A stretch of 64,000 nt of DNA, taken from assembly GCA_004431415.1 (NCBI GenBank), contig QPMI01000520.1, positions 1-64,000 of the forward strand. Direction: 5' to 3'. This document shows, one piece after another, positions 34,701 to 48,074 of the stretch. The notes beneath the pieces are model-generated. The model worked only from the letters and a program-made list of their open reading frames with translations. It ran no database searches and was not told the origin of the DNA. Each line of letters opens with the position of its first letter. The stretch's first letter is position 1. The DNA comes from Cyanophora paradoxa CCMP329 (taxonomy: Eukaryota > Plantae > Glaucophyta). The position numbers and the translations under genes were made by a program.

Positions 34701-37700
34701 ACGCCCCCTCCCGGGCCGGCGGGACCCAGGTGGCGGAGGCGGACTCGGACTCGGCGTTCGGCGCCCTCGCCTGGACGCTCGCGCTGCCGGCGCCGGGGCG
34801 CTACCGCCTCGCCCTCGCCGTCACCGCCGCCTCCCTCGCGGGGCCCGTCGCCGCCGCCTGCGCCGCCGCCTGCGAGCTCACCGTCCTCCGTGCGCCCTCC
34901 GATCGCACCCGTCCCCGTCTCGCTAGGCCCCGCCTTTCAGCGTCCCCCGCAGCGTACGAGGTGAACGTGACGGCGTCGGTCGCCCCTAACGGGACCCTTG
35001 AGGTGACGGTCAGCCGCGCCCGGGGCGCTGCCGGCCCCGCCTTCGCCGGCCCCGCCGCCGCCCTCTCCCTCCTCCGGTACCCCTCCCTCGAGCCGGCCCC
35101 CGGCCTCGAGGCGGCCCTCCTGCTCTCCGCCTCCCCCGCCCCCTCCGACCCCCAGCTCGAGTCCGCGTCGGCCCTCTTGACCCTCCCCGAGGGGCTGAGT
35201 ACCGGATTCTACGTCCTCCAGGCCCAGGTACCCCTCGACGGGGCCCTCGGCCGCAGCGCTCCCTTCTGCCTGTACCCCTCGTGCTCCCGTGCGCCCCGCC
35301 CGAATGCGCCGCACCCGCGCGCCTCGCGACGCCCCCGCAGCCTCCCTCGCGTTCCTCGAGCCGGCCCCCGGCGACCCGCCCCTGGTGCGCTCCGCTTTTT
35401 CCCCCCGCTGTCCTTGTCGCACCCCTCAAGGGCGACGCGGGCGGCAGGGCGTGGAGGTCGGGGGCGCGGTGGAGGTGCGGTGGGCGGGGGCGGGCCTCGC
35501 GCCGGGGGCCTCGGTGCAGCTCTCCGCCGTCAACCTCGCCACGCGGGCGCGCGCGGCCGTCGCCGCCCTCGCCGCCCCGCCGCCCCCGCCGGGGCGGCCT
35601 CGCACCGGTGGCAGGTGCCCTTCTCCCTCGGGCCCGGCGCATTCGCCCTCGAGCTCGCCGCCCCGCCCCCGCCGGCCCCGGCCCCCTCCTCTCCGCCCTC
35701 AGCGGGCGCCTCGCCCTCGAGCTCCCCCCGGCCCTCCTCCTCCTCCGCCAGCCCGCCGCAGGCGCCCGGGCCCCCGCCGGCGCCCTCGCGCCCGTCCGCT
35801 GGGACTCGTGGGGCCTCCGCGCCGCGCCCCTCACCCTCCGCCTCCTCCGCGAGGCCGCCGCCCCCGTCCCCGCCACCCCGGTCCTCGTGCGTGCTCCCGC
35901 CGCCTGAGCAGCCTCCATCCGCTTGCTGCACCCATGTCGACCTGTACCCCCCAGACGATCGCGGCGGGGGCCTCCAACACGGGCTCGTACGACTGGCGCG
36001 TGCCCCCCGACACGCCCCCCGGCCGCTACCGCGTCGAGGTGCCCTTCCCTTCGGCCGGTACCCCTCCCCGTCCTTTCAACCGTACCCCTCGTCAGATATC
36101 GGCGCTGGGCTTCGCCGTGGCGGACCGGAGCGCAGACTTCGCGGTCGTGCCCGGGCCCGCCTCGGTCGCCCCCTCCTACTCCCTTTTTCCCGTACCCGAC
36201 CTCCTCGCCGGCCAGCAGCTCACGTGCGCCGGCCGAACCCCCCCCCCTCCCCTCCACCCCTTCTGACGGGGCCCAGGCTGCGGTGGGGGGCGACGGAGTT
36301 CCTCGCGGCGCAGGCGGCCTCCGTGGCCGTCCTCCCCGCCTCGGGCCCCGCCTCCGCCTCCCCGGCCCCCGTCTTCGCCGCCCGCCTGGAGCCCGGCGCC
36401 CTGTCCGCCTCGTGGACTGCCGCCGTGCCCCCCGGTCTCTACCGCGCAACGATCGCCTCCGCGCTCGCCGCCGCCTCCGGCCCCGCCTTCGCCGTCCGCC
36501 CCGCCGCCAGCGCCGCCGCCGCCGCCGCCGCCTGCCTCGGGGTCCCCCGGCCGTCGTCGCAGTGGCGTGGGACCCGGCGGCCCGCGCCGAGCGCGCCGCG
36601 TCGCTCTCGATCGAGGCCGGGCGCGGCGAGGCCGAGCTCGACGCCTCGGGCAGCCGCGCCTGCGACGGCGCCGCTCCGGCCTCCTTCGCCTGGCGGCAGC
36701 TGGGCGCGCCGGACCCCCGCCGGCCCGTGCTCCTCCGCGATGCGGGGGCGGGGCGGGCATCGGCGTCGCGGCTGCGGCTGGGCCGGACGCTGCTGGAGGT
36801 GACGGCCACGGACCGCCTCGGGCAGTCCGCCACCGCCACCCTCGCCCTCGACCTCTTCCCCCGCCGCCGTCCGCCCTCCCCGCCTCCTCTCCCTTCCCCC
36901 CGGGGCTCACGCGCCGCGCAGTGGTGACCGTCACGCTCTGCTCGGCGGCGGGGGCGGGGGAGGTTGCGCGGGGCTTCAACGCGAGCGAGGCGGCGGGGCC
37001 CCTCGCCGCCTCCTTCGCCGCGCATCTCGGTTCCCGTGTCCCCGCCTCCGCCTTCCTCTCCGCTGCCCCGGCCGTCTGCACCGCCCCCGGCCCCGCCCGC
37101 CGCGGCCTCCTGCAGACTCAGGCGCCCCGCGGGGCAATCACCTTCATCTTCCCCCCCATACGCCGTCCGCCTTTCCTGCTGTGGCTTTTGATCTCTACTC
37201 GCCCCCCTGAGCGCGCGGCAGGGCGGACGGGGACGGAGGTGGCGCGGCTGCTGCAGGCGATGGCGGCGGCGGCCTTCCGTGCCGGCGCCCTCGGGCCCTT
37301 CCCCGTCGCCTCGGGCCCCCTCGTCGCCCTCTCCCCCGGCGAGGGCGCGCCCTCCCCCGCCCCTCCCCCCTCCCCCCTCTCAGCACCGCCGCAGCAAACG
37401 GCCCGCCGAGCGCGCCGCGGCTCCGCGTGGAGCCGGCCTCACGCTACGGCTACGTCGCCGTCGGCCGCCACTCCAAGGCGCGCCGCCCGGCATCCCCCGC
37501 CCGCCTCCTCGCCGCCCCCCGCCTGAGCCGGCCCCCGCAGACGGCGGCGGTGACGGTGGTGGCGGAGGCGGAGGAGGCGCCCCCCGGGGCCGTCACCGAG
37601 TTCGAGTGGCGCGTCGGGGACGAGGCGCTGGACGTCCTCGACGAGGCGCTGCGCCTGCGCCTCCCCGCCGGCACCCACCGCGTGGCCGCCCTCGCGGTGG

Positions 37701-40700
37701 ACGGGGACGGGGAGTACGCCGAGGGGGAGCCCCTGCTGCTCACCGCCGTCGACGCCGCCGCCTGCAACGCCGCCAGGGACCTCTCCTTCCTCGTCGACGC
37801 CGCCGCCGCCGCCGAGGCGGGGGCGGCGCTGCTGCTGCGGCGCGCCCTGCTGCCCTTCTTCGTGCAGGGCGGCGCCACGCGCGCCGCCGTGCTCCTCTAC
37901 GGCCTCCCGCCGGCGGCGGGGCGGCCGTCGCCGTGCCCGCGCCGAGGCCAAGGCCGTGTACGACGCCCTCGGCGCCGGCGCCCTCGCCAAGGTGCCCCCG
38001 CGCCCCCGCCGCGCCCCGCCGGCTCCCCTCACTGCGGCCTCGGCGCAGAGCGCGGCGGCGTCGTCGCTGCTGGAGAGCGGCCCGCGGCTGCTGGCCCCGG
38101 GGCTCGAGGCGGCGCGGTCCGAGCTCGAGGCGGCGGCCCGCGAGGGCGCCGCCCCCGCCCTCCTCCTCCTCGCCGCCGGCGCGCCGCCCGACGCCGCCGC
38201 CGCCCGCAACGCCTCGCTCGCCGCCCGCCGCCGCGCGAGCCTCCTCGCCGCCGCCCTCGCCCCGCCGGCTCCGAGGCCTGGGCGGGCGGCGTGGGGCCGC
38301 TGCGGGCGCTGGTGTCGGAGCCGAACGGGACGAACGTCGTCGCGGCGGCGCTGGACCTCGAGGAGGAGCTGCAGCGCGCCGCCGACGCCCTCGCCGCCGC
38401 CGCCTGCCAGGCCCGCCCGCCCCCCGCGAGGACCCCGCCCCCGGCGAGCGCGTCGGCCGCGCAATCACGGTGCGCGGGGTGGTTCGTGCGGGCTCTCGCC
38501 CTCTTCTGAGAGAGGCGGACCGGCAGGCGGCGGTGGCGGCGTCGCTGGCGGTGAGCCTGGCCGGCTCGCTGGCGGGCTCGCTGGGGGGCTCGGCGGTGGG
38601 CGGGGCGGCCGGCGGGGCCTCGCTCGGGGTCCTCGCGCAGGCGCACTTCGTGGCGGCGACCTCCTTCCTCAACATGGAGCTCCCCGCCTCGTACAACGCC
38701 ACCGCCACCTCCGTCCAGGTCCCGCTTAGCGCTCCCGGCCCCGCCCCGCGGCGCCGCACGCCCCGGCCTCACTGCGGGGCCCGGCCGCGCAGTGGTCCAT
38801 GCTCTACCTCGGCCGCTTCTGGCGCTCCCCGGGCCCCCTCAACGCCACCGTCACCGCGCGCCAACCCCGCCCCCGCCCTCCGGCCCGCCCCTCCCCCGTC
38901 GAGCCGGGGCGCAGGCGGCATCGGGGGCGGGGGCGCGGCGGCGGCTGCGGGGGGTGACGAGCTTCGCGCGGGAGGTCGGGGGCGAGCTGGCGAGCCCGTA
39001 CCTCGAGGAGAGCCTCGTCTGGAGCGCCCTCGCCCTCTCCGCCGTCTCCATCCTCCAGGCCCGCCCCCGCGCCCCCTCCAGTGTTTATCCAGAAGGCGTA
39101 ATCAGCCGGCGCAGGGCGTGGCGCTGCTCGCGTGCCGCTTCCTCTTCCGCATGCCGGCCGCCCCCAAGCACCTCTGGCGCGCCCACCGCCTCCCCCCCTC
39201 CACCCCTCCCGCCCTGAGGGGGGCGGGGACCGGGGCCAGGTTCCCCAAGCCGCAGGTCACCGTCGTCATCGTCGCCTACGAGGCCCGCCGCCCCGCCCCC
39301 GCCCCGCCCCCCGCCTCCGACCCGACCCCCTCGTGCGCGTGCAGGGCTTCGTGATCGCGGCGGCGGCGACGGCGCGGGTGCAGAGCGCGGCGTGGCGCGC
39401 CGTCGGCGTGGCGCTGCTCGCCGGCGTCGCCGGCACCGCCTTCGCCTTCGTCGTCGCCGTCGTCGTCTGGCGCCTGCGCTTCGAGGGGCGGCTGCTCTGG
39501 CAGGAGCACCGCGCCCCGCCCTGGGGCCGCCTCTGGGGCGCCAAGGACTGGCACGAGACCGAGGCCGAGATCCAGGAGGCCAGGGCGCGCCCCGGCCCTC
39601 TCCCCCCGCCCCCCTCCTCCCCTCCCCCTCACGCCTCCTCGCAGGAGCTGACGGCGCTGCCGGCGACGGTGACGGCGGCGGACGCGGCGGAGTTCTCGCG
39701 CCGCGTCCTCGCCCGCTCCCAGCGCTCCCAGGCCTCCCTCCCCGGGGTACACTCCCCTCCCTTAGCCCCCCCCCTGCATGCGGAGCCGCGACGCCTCACG
39801 GCGGGCGGCAGCTGGAGGGCGCCGCGTCGCTCTCTCCGGCGCCCCGCGCCCCGAGGCCCGCCCTCGACCCCGAGGCCGCCCCCGAGGACCCCGCCCCGCC
39901 CGATTATTACGACCTCGAGCCCCCTCCCAACGCCCTCCGCCGCAAGGCGCCCCCGCCCCGCCCCCGGCGCCCCCCGCCCCCGTGCCCCGCCAGTTGATCC
40001 TGTACCCCGGCGCAGGCCTCGGGGGCGGACTCGGGGTCCGATGCGGCGCCGACGCCCCCGCCGGAGCCGCTCGAGCGGCCGGCCGGGCGGGCCGCCGGCG
40101 CGGGGGGCCGGGGCGGCGGCTGGTGGGCGCGCTCCCGCACCCGCACCCGCCTGCGCGTCATCTCCACCTGGCTCTGGTGGGAGCGCGGCCTCTGGCGCGT
40201 GCCCCCTCCCCCGCACGCACCCGGCCCCGCTCATCCCCTTCCAGGATCATCGACCCCGATCTGAAGGAGGACAACAGCTTCTGGACGGGTGCGCGCCCCG
40301 TGTACCCACCTTCTTTATCCGGATCCACCTTAATCGAATCGCCGTAGCGGAGAATTTTCGCTGGGTGCGCGGCCGGCGTACCCCCCTTCTTCCCCCTCCC
40401 CCTAAATTGCCGAAGACCTTCGACGTCTTCTTCCTGGGGTACCGCGGCGACAACTTTGGCCGCTGGTTCGGCATCTGGTGCGCTTCGTACCCCCTCGGAA
40501 GTCTCCCCTCCTCTGAACCCCCGCAGGGACTTCTCGCGGAAGCTCATCGCGGGCCTCGTCGTCGGTGCGTGTACCCCCGCCCCCCGGGGGTGCAGGGAGC
40601 AGCGAAGGAGCGCGTACCCCCCAGGGCTGGTGCTGGACCCGGACCCCGACGCCGCCGAGCCGGCCTTCGTCTACACCGCCGCCCAGGCCCGCCCGCCCCC

Positions 40701-41836
40701 GGCCCTGGCCCCTCCGCCGCCTTCCCGGGGCTCAGGGGCGGGGGCGCGGGGCAGCTGGGGGCGCTGGTCGGGGTGAACGCGGTGGACGTGGCGTACGTGC
40801 TCGCCGCGCGGCCCTTCCGCGAGCCCGTCGAGAACTACGTCCAGGCGCCCCGCCCCGCCCCCGCACCCGCCCCCGCCCCCTTCCCCTCCTCCCGTCCTCG
40901 AGCGGGGCCGCGGGCAGGTGCTGCTGGACCTCTGCCAGGCCGCCGTCCTCGCCCTCCTCCTCGCCGTCCGCCCCCCCCGCCCCGCCCCGCCTCTGTGCGC
41001 CCTTCTCACCGCCCCGGGGCCGCAGGTGGCGCGGGAGCCCGACGGGCCGCGCGCCTCCGACTGCAGCCACGCCGCCTCCGCCCTCCAGGCCCGCCCCGGC
41101 CCCGCTCCGCCCCTTGCCCCGCCCCGCTCCGCCCCGCCGGCCCCGGCGGCGCGCTGAGCTGGCGGGGCGGGGGCAGATGGCGGCGATCGGCGTCCTCCTC
41201 CTCAACCAGGTCCCCGCGCCGCCCTGCCGGGGGAGGCCCCCTGCAGCTGGCGCCCGCCCTCGCGCTGACCCGCCCCCGGGTGCAGATCCGGGCGGAGCAG
41301 AAGATGTTCCGCTGGCTCTTCTCCCGCCTCCTCCTCCCCCTCCGCCTCCTCCGGGGCGCCCTCTTCCCCCCGCCCCGCCGCCACCTCCGTTTCTACAGCG
41401 CCCCGCCCCCGCCCCCCGAGGTCCGCCCCCCGCGCGTGCTCCCCCCCTTTCTCTTTGCTGAGTCATTGGCCATGGTTCGCAGCCCGAATTCGGGACGATC
41501 CTCCCGGCGCACGTGGTCAACGTCTTCCGCACGACGGGCCTCCCCCCCGGCCTGGAGGCCCCGCCCCGCGTCGAGGGCGAGTGGCTCGCCGCCGCCGACG
41601 CGCACCTCGCCCGGCCCCTCGTCCTCTCCCTGCCCCCGACGCCCCAGGGCGAGCGCGAGGCGCCCGGGCCTGGCCAGAAGGTGGCCAGCAGGGGCGAGCC
41701 GGCTGTGCATGTTGACCTGGACGGCTGGGAGGAGAAAGCCGGTCCGGGCCCCGGTCTCGAGCCCGCGATCGGCTCGGCGGCCGCGGGGCGGCGCTGGCAG
41801 TTGGCCGGTCAGCGCATCAAGAGCGTGCACATTTGA
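31763..41836 (+). CDS. Giant multidomain surface protein: signal peptide, Kelch-like repeats, (SP/TP)n stalk, Ig/PKD-like domains, degenerate VWA, multi-TM (TRP/PKD2-FLC-like) region
   Basis: Leader ALVVALAAALLALALPA; Kelch-like LVGG..YDDVWLF, WYIAGG; [18 protein letters not shown] at 33837-33920; NTGSYDWRVP; ELDASGS..SFAWRQL..EVTATDRLG; DLSFLVD; LAQAHFVAATSFLNMELPASY..WSML followed by several TM helices. Stop TGA at 41834-41836. Exon structure only partly resolved. Confidence 0.65.
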
Positions 41837-42751
41837 TTTCATTGTGAATAGGATTTCAAGTGAATCAGTGATTGAATTTATTCTTTGCTGCGACGATGAT
41901 GCCTCTTTATTTTTGTGATGATCTTTATCCTCTGGCCATGGTCTGCTCTCTTTTGACTCGTTAATCTTCAATTCCAGCCTGATTGTAAAGAAACCTTTCT
42001 TTTCTATTCGCTTATCTCTGCCAGCCTTGAAAGGCTTCGAGCCTTCGTGTGCACGTGCCAGCCTTCGCATTTTTTAAGTCGCCGACTTTCCCTCATGATC
42101 AGGGCCTCTAGGACTTGAAATTCAACTTCCGGGCCTCTCGGAGTACTTTCAATTGCCCTAAGCTAGATGGAGCCTAGATCCGACACCATGATGCCGTGAT
42201 GCCACTGCGACATGTTGTTTTATGATGAATTTGTGCTTGGCTGTACTCCCGCCCCGTGTGCTGCACGCAGGATTGCCCCGAGGGGTGGTGGGGCTGTATT
42301 GGGAGCGCGGTACGGCGCAACGGGTACAGCGATACGACTGACTGGGGTACGTGATACGACGACGAGTGCGACTCGGGGAAAAACCCTACTGGCAACAATG
42401 TACATGGGCAGCGCGTGAAATTCTGATTCTGAGGGACTCGATTGCAAAAAGTGGCAGTCGACGTCGACTTGACAATTTGCTTGCTGCACCGCCTAAGCAC
42501 AGCGGTACGGTCCCACTGCGGTACGCCGTGACGCTCAACGGCTGGTACAGCCTGGCAGCTCGCTTTTCAAGTTTCAGGTGTCAGTGTCATGATCAGGTTT
42601 GGATATGAAGGAGACGGAGACGAGCTGCTGGGAAGGCCCGAGCTCGAGGGGCCGGTTGTAGAGGAAAGATGGGAGGCGGCCCGGGGGTATGCCGCTTTTG
42701 AAAGGAGCGCTCTTTGAAAGGCACATTGACTGATCTCGAGCTCAATGAAAA

Positions 42752-42793
42752 CCTGCAGCTGCGTGCCCCCACCCTGCAGCTGCGTGCCCCCAC
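42752..42793. repeat. Perfect 21-bp tandem duplication downstream of the prfB stop
   Basis: cctgcagctgcgtgcccccac x2 (42752-42772, 42773-42793). Confidence 0.9.
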
Positions 42794-42840
42794 AAAGAAT
42801 GCGCCTTGTGGGGGGGACGGCCAGCGGGGCCCCGGGCCCC

Positions 42841-45018
42841 TCACTCGAGCTGCTCGGCGGAGGCGTCCTTCGCCGCCTCGTGCTTCAGGAACGCCTGCCC
42901 CCGCCCCGCCCCGCCCCGTCACGGGCCGGAGCGAGGGGGGGGCGGGGGGCGGGGGCCAGGGCGGGCCTGGACGAAGTCGTCGAGGGCGCCGTCCATCACG
43001 TCCTGCACCGCCGCCGTCTCCGCCCCCGTCCGCAGGTCCTTCACCAGCTTGTACGGGTGGAACACGTAGTTCCTGCCCCCCCCGAGCCCCCCGAGCTCAG
43101 CCCGGCCGGCCGGCGCGCCGGGGCCGGGGGCGGAGGCGGAGGGGGCGGCACCGGATCTGCTGGCCCCAGGTGGCCTCGACGAGGTCGCCGCGGATCGCGG
43201 CCACGTCTCGCGCCCGCTGCTCCCGCGCGATCACCATCAGCTTCGCCTTCAGCAGCGCCAGCGCCTTCGCCTTGTTCTGCAGCTGCGCCGGCCGGCCTCA
43301 GCGGAGCGCCGTGGGGGGGTACGCGGGCACCGGCTCGCTTGGGAGGCGGGGGGTACGTATACGTGCCTGGGAGCGCTCCTGGGCGCAGCGGACGGCGATG
43401 CCGGTGGGGAGGTGGACGATGCGGACGGCCGTCTCGACCTTGTTGACGTTCTGCCCGCCCTTGCCCCCGGCCCGCGTCGTCGTGATCTCCAGGTCCTGCC
43501 CGCGGCCGCCGCATCGGATCGGAGCGCACAGGATCGGATCGCGCAGGGTCGGAAAGGACCGCACCTTGTCGGGGATGTCGAGCTCGATCTCGTCGTCCTC
43601 CAGCAGCGGCATCACCTGCGGGGGAGGGGGGGGGGGGGGGGGGGGGTGTTCAGCGCCCTTGGGGGGGGAGGGGGGGGGGAGGGGCGGGCGGGGCGCGCCT
43701 CGACGCCGGCGAAGGAGGTCTGGCGCTTCCCCTGCGCGTTGAAGGGCGAGATCCGCACCAGCCGGTGCGTCCCCTGCCGCCCCCCCCGCCAGCTCAGACC
43801 GCCGCGGCGGCGGCGCCGGGTACCCCCCCCGCGCCTTCTCGCCCTGCAGGTAGCCGTAGGCGTTGGGCCCCTCGACCTCGAGGGTGGCGCTCTTGATGCC
43901 GGCCTCGTCCCCGTCCATCACCTCCGCCACCCGCACGCGGTACCCCTGCGCCTCCCCCCACCGCTCGTACATCCGCTGCAGCATCTGCGCCCAGTCCTGC
44001 GCGTCCGTCCCCCCGGCCCCCGCCGAGATCGTCACCACGGCGCCGCCCCGGTCGTACGGCCCTGCGGGCCCCGGTGAGAGGCGCCGCTCCGGTGCCCCGA
44101 GGGGGCGGGGCGGCACCGGAGAGGAGCTGCTCGAGCTCCCACTTGTCGAGGGCGCGGCGGAGGTCCCGCAGGCCTCCCGCCGCCTCCCGGTAGAGCTCCT
44201 CGTCCTCCTCCCCGCCCTCGATCAGCTCCGCCAGCGCCCGCAGGTCCTCGACGCCCCGCCGCCAACCCGCCGCCCCCTCGATCGCCCCCCGCGCCTCCGT
44301 CAGCTGCTGCATCACCCGCTGCGCCTTCGCCTGGTCCTCCCAGAAGTCCGCCTGCGCCGAGCGCTGCTCCAGGTCCTTCACCTGTGCGCCAGTCGGCCCC
44401 GCGGGCTCGCCCGGCCCCGCGGCGCGGCGGCGGCGCGGGGCGCACGCGCTGGCGGCAGGCCTCGAGATTGAGGACGGAGATCGCGCTCTCCACGCGCCGC
44501 TCCAGCGCCTCCGTCTGCCGCTTGATCTCCGTGATGTCTGCCCGCGTTCAGGCGCCGCGCGCGGCCGCAGCGGAGCGGCGGCGCAGCGCACCGAGCCGCC
44601 CGAGGCCCGTGATCTCATCGCCGCCGGCCTCGGCGGTGTCGGCCTCCGCCTTGGACGCCGCGCGCACCGCGATCCGCGGCGCCGAGTCGATTACTCGCTT
44701 CGCCATCTGGCTGCGCGCTCGCTCCACCAGCGCGCGGGAGTACCAGCGCGCCGAGAATCTCCCGCCCGCCGACCCGGTCAGGAACTCTCGTACGCGGAGC
44801 TGCAGCTGAGCTTGCTGGGACGAAATGCTGGCCCCTGAGCGTGCCTGTGAACGGCTGATCGAGCCGATAGGGGCCGCGACTGCGCCGGCCACCGCACGCG
44901 ACGCCATGCGAGCCGTCGACGCCACGGCGGCGCCGGAGCGGCGGGCTGCTACATTCATGGACACAGCCGGAGCGAGGAACGCGCTGCTGAGCTCGACGGG
45001 CCGCTCGCCGCGCGGCAT
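42841..45018 (-). CDS. prfB: Peptide chain release factor 2, organellar (likely plastid), spliced
   Basis: [20 protein letters not shown]|[12 protein letters not shown] (SPF = RF2 specificity), [18 protein letters not shown] (GGQ), WGQQIR|[12 protein letters not shown]. Long Ser/Ala/Arg-rich presequence (SAFLAPAV...). Start is 45018 or 44958. Stop TGA at 42843-42841. Confidence 0.93.
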
Positions 45019-45281
45019 CTGCGCATGCAGAGAGAGCAAAATCACCGACTGCTGCCCCGATTCCACCCCCCCTCTGGCCCGCGCGGCCCATGGCCTCCGG
45101 CATCGCGTTCCACGGCGCCGGCGCCGGCGCGCAGTTGCAATTGCTAGCCGCCGAATATTCGAATCTATACCTGGGCCCGCCCTAGGCCCGCGCACCCAGG
45201 CCCGCGCAAGCGCTAGCGCCAGCGCTCAGCATGCATGTGCACCCTGGTTGAAACAACCGAACTGAACCTACCCTAGCCGAA

Positions 45282-47808
45282 CTAACTGAATCTGCGCGAA
45301 TTACCGCCCGCGGCCCGAGCCCGAGCCGGCGCCAGCGCGGCCGCCTCGGCCGGCGCCGGCCTGCAGGCGGGGCCGCCCCCCCTTCGGGGTGTTCCACGAG
45401 CCGGCCGCGCCGCCGGCGCCAGCGCGAGCGCCGCCCGCTCCCGATGGGCCTCTCCGCGCGCTCGACGAGCGCGGCCGGCCGGCCCCAGCCCCACGGGCCG
45501 CCCCTCGCGCGCCCCGGATGCGGCGCGGTCGCCGACGGGGCCCGGGCGGGGCCCGCGGGGCCGCGGGGTGCGCTGCGCGGCGGCGGCGGCGGCGGCCTCC
45601 CTCTCCGCGGCGATCTCGGCCGGCTCCTTCTCGCCCTCCAGCAGGTCCTCGCCCCGCGCGCTCCCGTCCTGCCCCCCGGCTCGAGCCGCCCCGAGCGGCG
45701 GGGGCGGGCGGGGGCGCGGGGCGGGCGGACGCGGATGGCGTTGGCGAGGGTCATGTCGCGCTTGGTGACGAGGCTGGTGACGGTGCCCTTGTTGCCGGCG
45801 CGGGCGGTGCGGCCGGCGCGGTGGAGGTAGTCGGTGCGGTTGCGGGGGAAGTCGAAGATGATGACGTGGTCGACGTCGTAGTCGAGCCCGCGGGCCGCGA
45901 TGTCCGTGCACACCAGGATGTTCTTCTCCCCCGACTTGAACGCCTCGAAGCTCTCCGTCCGCCGCTCCACCGGCATCTCCCCGTGGTAGCACGCCGTCTC
46001 GAAGTCCATCTCGTTCAGGAAGTGGTCCGTCGCCCGGCAGCTGCCCCGCCCCGCCCCCGTCGGCCCGCCGCGGGAGGGGGAAGCGGGGGGAGGAGGGGGC
46101 GGGGGGCACCTGTCCATCGTGTTGCAGAAGACAATGGCGCGGCGCTTCTTGTTGCGGTACCCGCTCAGCTCCAGCATCTCCACAAGCTTGGCTGACCCCC
46201 ACGGCGCTCAGCCGGCCCCGCGCGGCCCGCCTCGCGCCCTTCGGCGCAGCACGCCCGCACCGCGCTTCTCGGAGGAGGCGACGGGGATGAACTCCTGCTT
46301 GAGGGTCGCCACGGGCGCGTGCAGCTCCGCCGTCGAGATGCGGATCGCGTCCTGGCGCGTTGGCGCGGGGGAGTGTCGGCGCGAGGGGCGGGGGTTGGGG
46401 CGGGGCCGCCTCGGGCCCGCACGGGGAACTTCTCCTCGAGGAGCTTCTCGATGGCCTTCTTGATCGTCGCCGTCACCAGCACGAACTGCACCTCCGCCCC
46501 GCGGTTGATCTCGTTCCCCTGCCGCCCCGCGTGAGCCCCGAGAGCGGCGCGGCCTGCAGGGCTCTGCACGGACGCGGATGGGGACGAGGATGGCGCGGAG
46601 GTCCTGCGCGAAGCCGGCGTCGAACATCGTGTCCACCTGCGCCCCCGGGCGCCTCAGCCCGCCGCCCCGCCGCCCCGCGCCCCGCCGGCCGGCCGGAAGA
46701 AGGAAGAAGAAGAAAGGCGGGACCTCGTCGATGACGACGTGGCGCGTCTGAGTGAAGTAGACGGCGCCTGCGGGGCGGCCTCGGCGAACGAGGAAAAGGA
46801 GGGCGGGGGCGGGCGGCGCGGGCCCTTCTCGCGGAGCTGCAGGAGGCGCCCCGGCGTGCAGACGAGGATGTCGACGGGCGTCTGCAGCATCTCCGCCTGC
46901 TTCTTCATCGACTCGCCGCCCATCACCGCCACCGCCCGGATCTTCGCGAAGTGCGACAGCTGCTTCGCGATGCTCTGCGCCCCGCCCCGCGTCGGCGGCG
47001 CGTCGCGAGCCCGCCGGGACAGCGCAGCGCACCAGGACCTGCTTGCCGAGCTCGCGGTTGGGCACGAGGACGATCGCGCGCGGCCGCATGGGCTTGCGCT
47101 CGATCTGCGCGATCTCCTCCTGCTGCTTCAGCGTGTCGATGACCGGTAGCAGGTACGCGAGCGTCTTCCCGGAGCCTGCGCGAGGTCTGAGCGCTCGATG
47201 GAGGGTTTGCAAGCGCGCGGAAAGCCGGCGCACCGGTCTCCGCGGCGGCGACGACGTTGAAGCCGCGAAGAATCTGGGGAATAGCCTTGGACTGCTCGAG
47301 ATCGTGTGAGCGCTAGCTGCGGCTGCGACGGGAGGCGCGCGTCCTTGCCTGGATCTTGGTCGGCTTGTGGATCTGCAGCGACTCGAGGCCGGCGACGAGC
47401 TCCTCGCGGAGCCCGAGCTCCGTGAACGTGTTTGCCTGGTACTCGCGCTTTTTCGGCGCCTGCGTGCGGAGCGCCTTAAACATAGAAATCGTGCATCGGA
47501 GCATCGAAGAGCACCTCGGCGGATGCGTACGCGGCGAACTCGTGCACTGGCTGCCGCACGGGACGGCCGAGCGCGACATCCAGTCCCTGGAAGCGCAGCC
47601 GGGGCGCCGCGACATCGAAGTGACTGTAGCTAGACACGCTAGACCCGAAGAAGCTCCGCCGGAGCGGCTGCGCAGTCTCCGCGGAGGGGCGAGCTAAAGA
47701 TCGGGGCGAGGGCTGTGCTGCCGGGCATGTGCTGGGGACTTCGGGAATAGCGCAAGCGGTTGCCTGGGGTGCCGCGCCGGCAATGCCGACCGTGAACGCG
47801 CTCTGCAT
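45282..47808 (-). CDS. RH39: Plastid DEAD-box RNA helicase, RH39-like
   Basis: Transit peptide MQSAFTVG...RRSFFG; Q motif FTELGL..PTKIQ; AET|GSGKTLAYLLP; IDE|VDTMFDAGF; LVTAT; IVFCNT; YHGEMP; VCTDIAARGLDYDVDHVIIFDFP; YLHRAGRTAR. The pattern resembles plant RH39. Confidence 0.82.
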
Positions 47809-48074
47809 GGCTTTCGGGACTTCGGCTGAGAGGGGTAGCACCAACTGGCTGCCGGGTACAAAGGCCGTTCGGACGCATGCTTCCCAGCGCAGCGCGCGCG
47901 TTCTGCATGCATAGCGTTAAGCCTGTGCGCATCGCCTGCTTTGTCGCCTGCCCTCCGCAGCGCATGGCGGTTCGGCCGAGGCAGGTTCGGTCGAAATCTC
48001 AGTCGAACCGGCTGAGTTTCTGTACACCCGAAAGCTGAGATCGCCATTTCTTTACTCTTCATCGATTCATCGAA

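Noticed and set aside
33968-37025. Very long overlapping ORFs (944 aa, 671 aa and many similar ones window-wide)
   Set aside because: Arg/Pro/Gly/Ala-rich shadows caused by stop-codon scarcity in GC-rich DNA and read-through of short introns; only parts are real exons.
42180-42440. Possible C/D-box snoRNA (ATGATGA at 42222, downstream CTGA) or small ORFs
   Set aside because: No terminal stem or recognisable rRNA guide; the motifs are short enough to occur by chance.
42841-45018. Bacterial contig or recent bacterial insertion (prfB, histidine kinase, MFS)
   Set aside because: All carry spliceosomal introns and eukaryotic targeting leaders.
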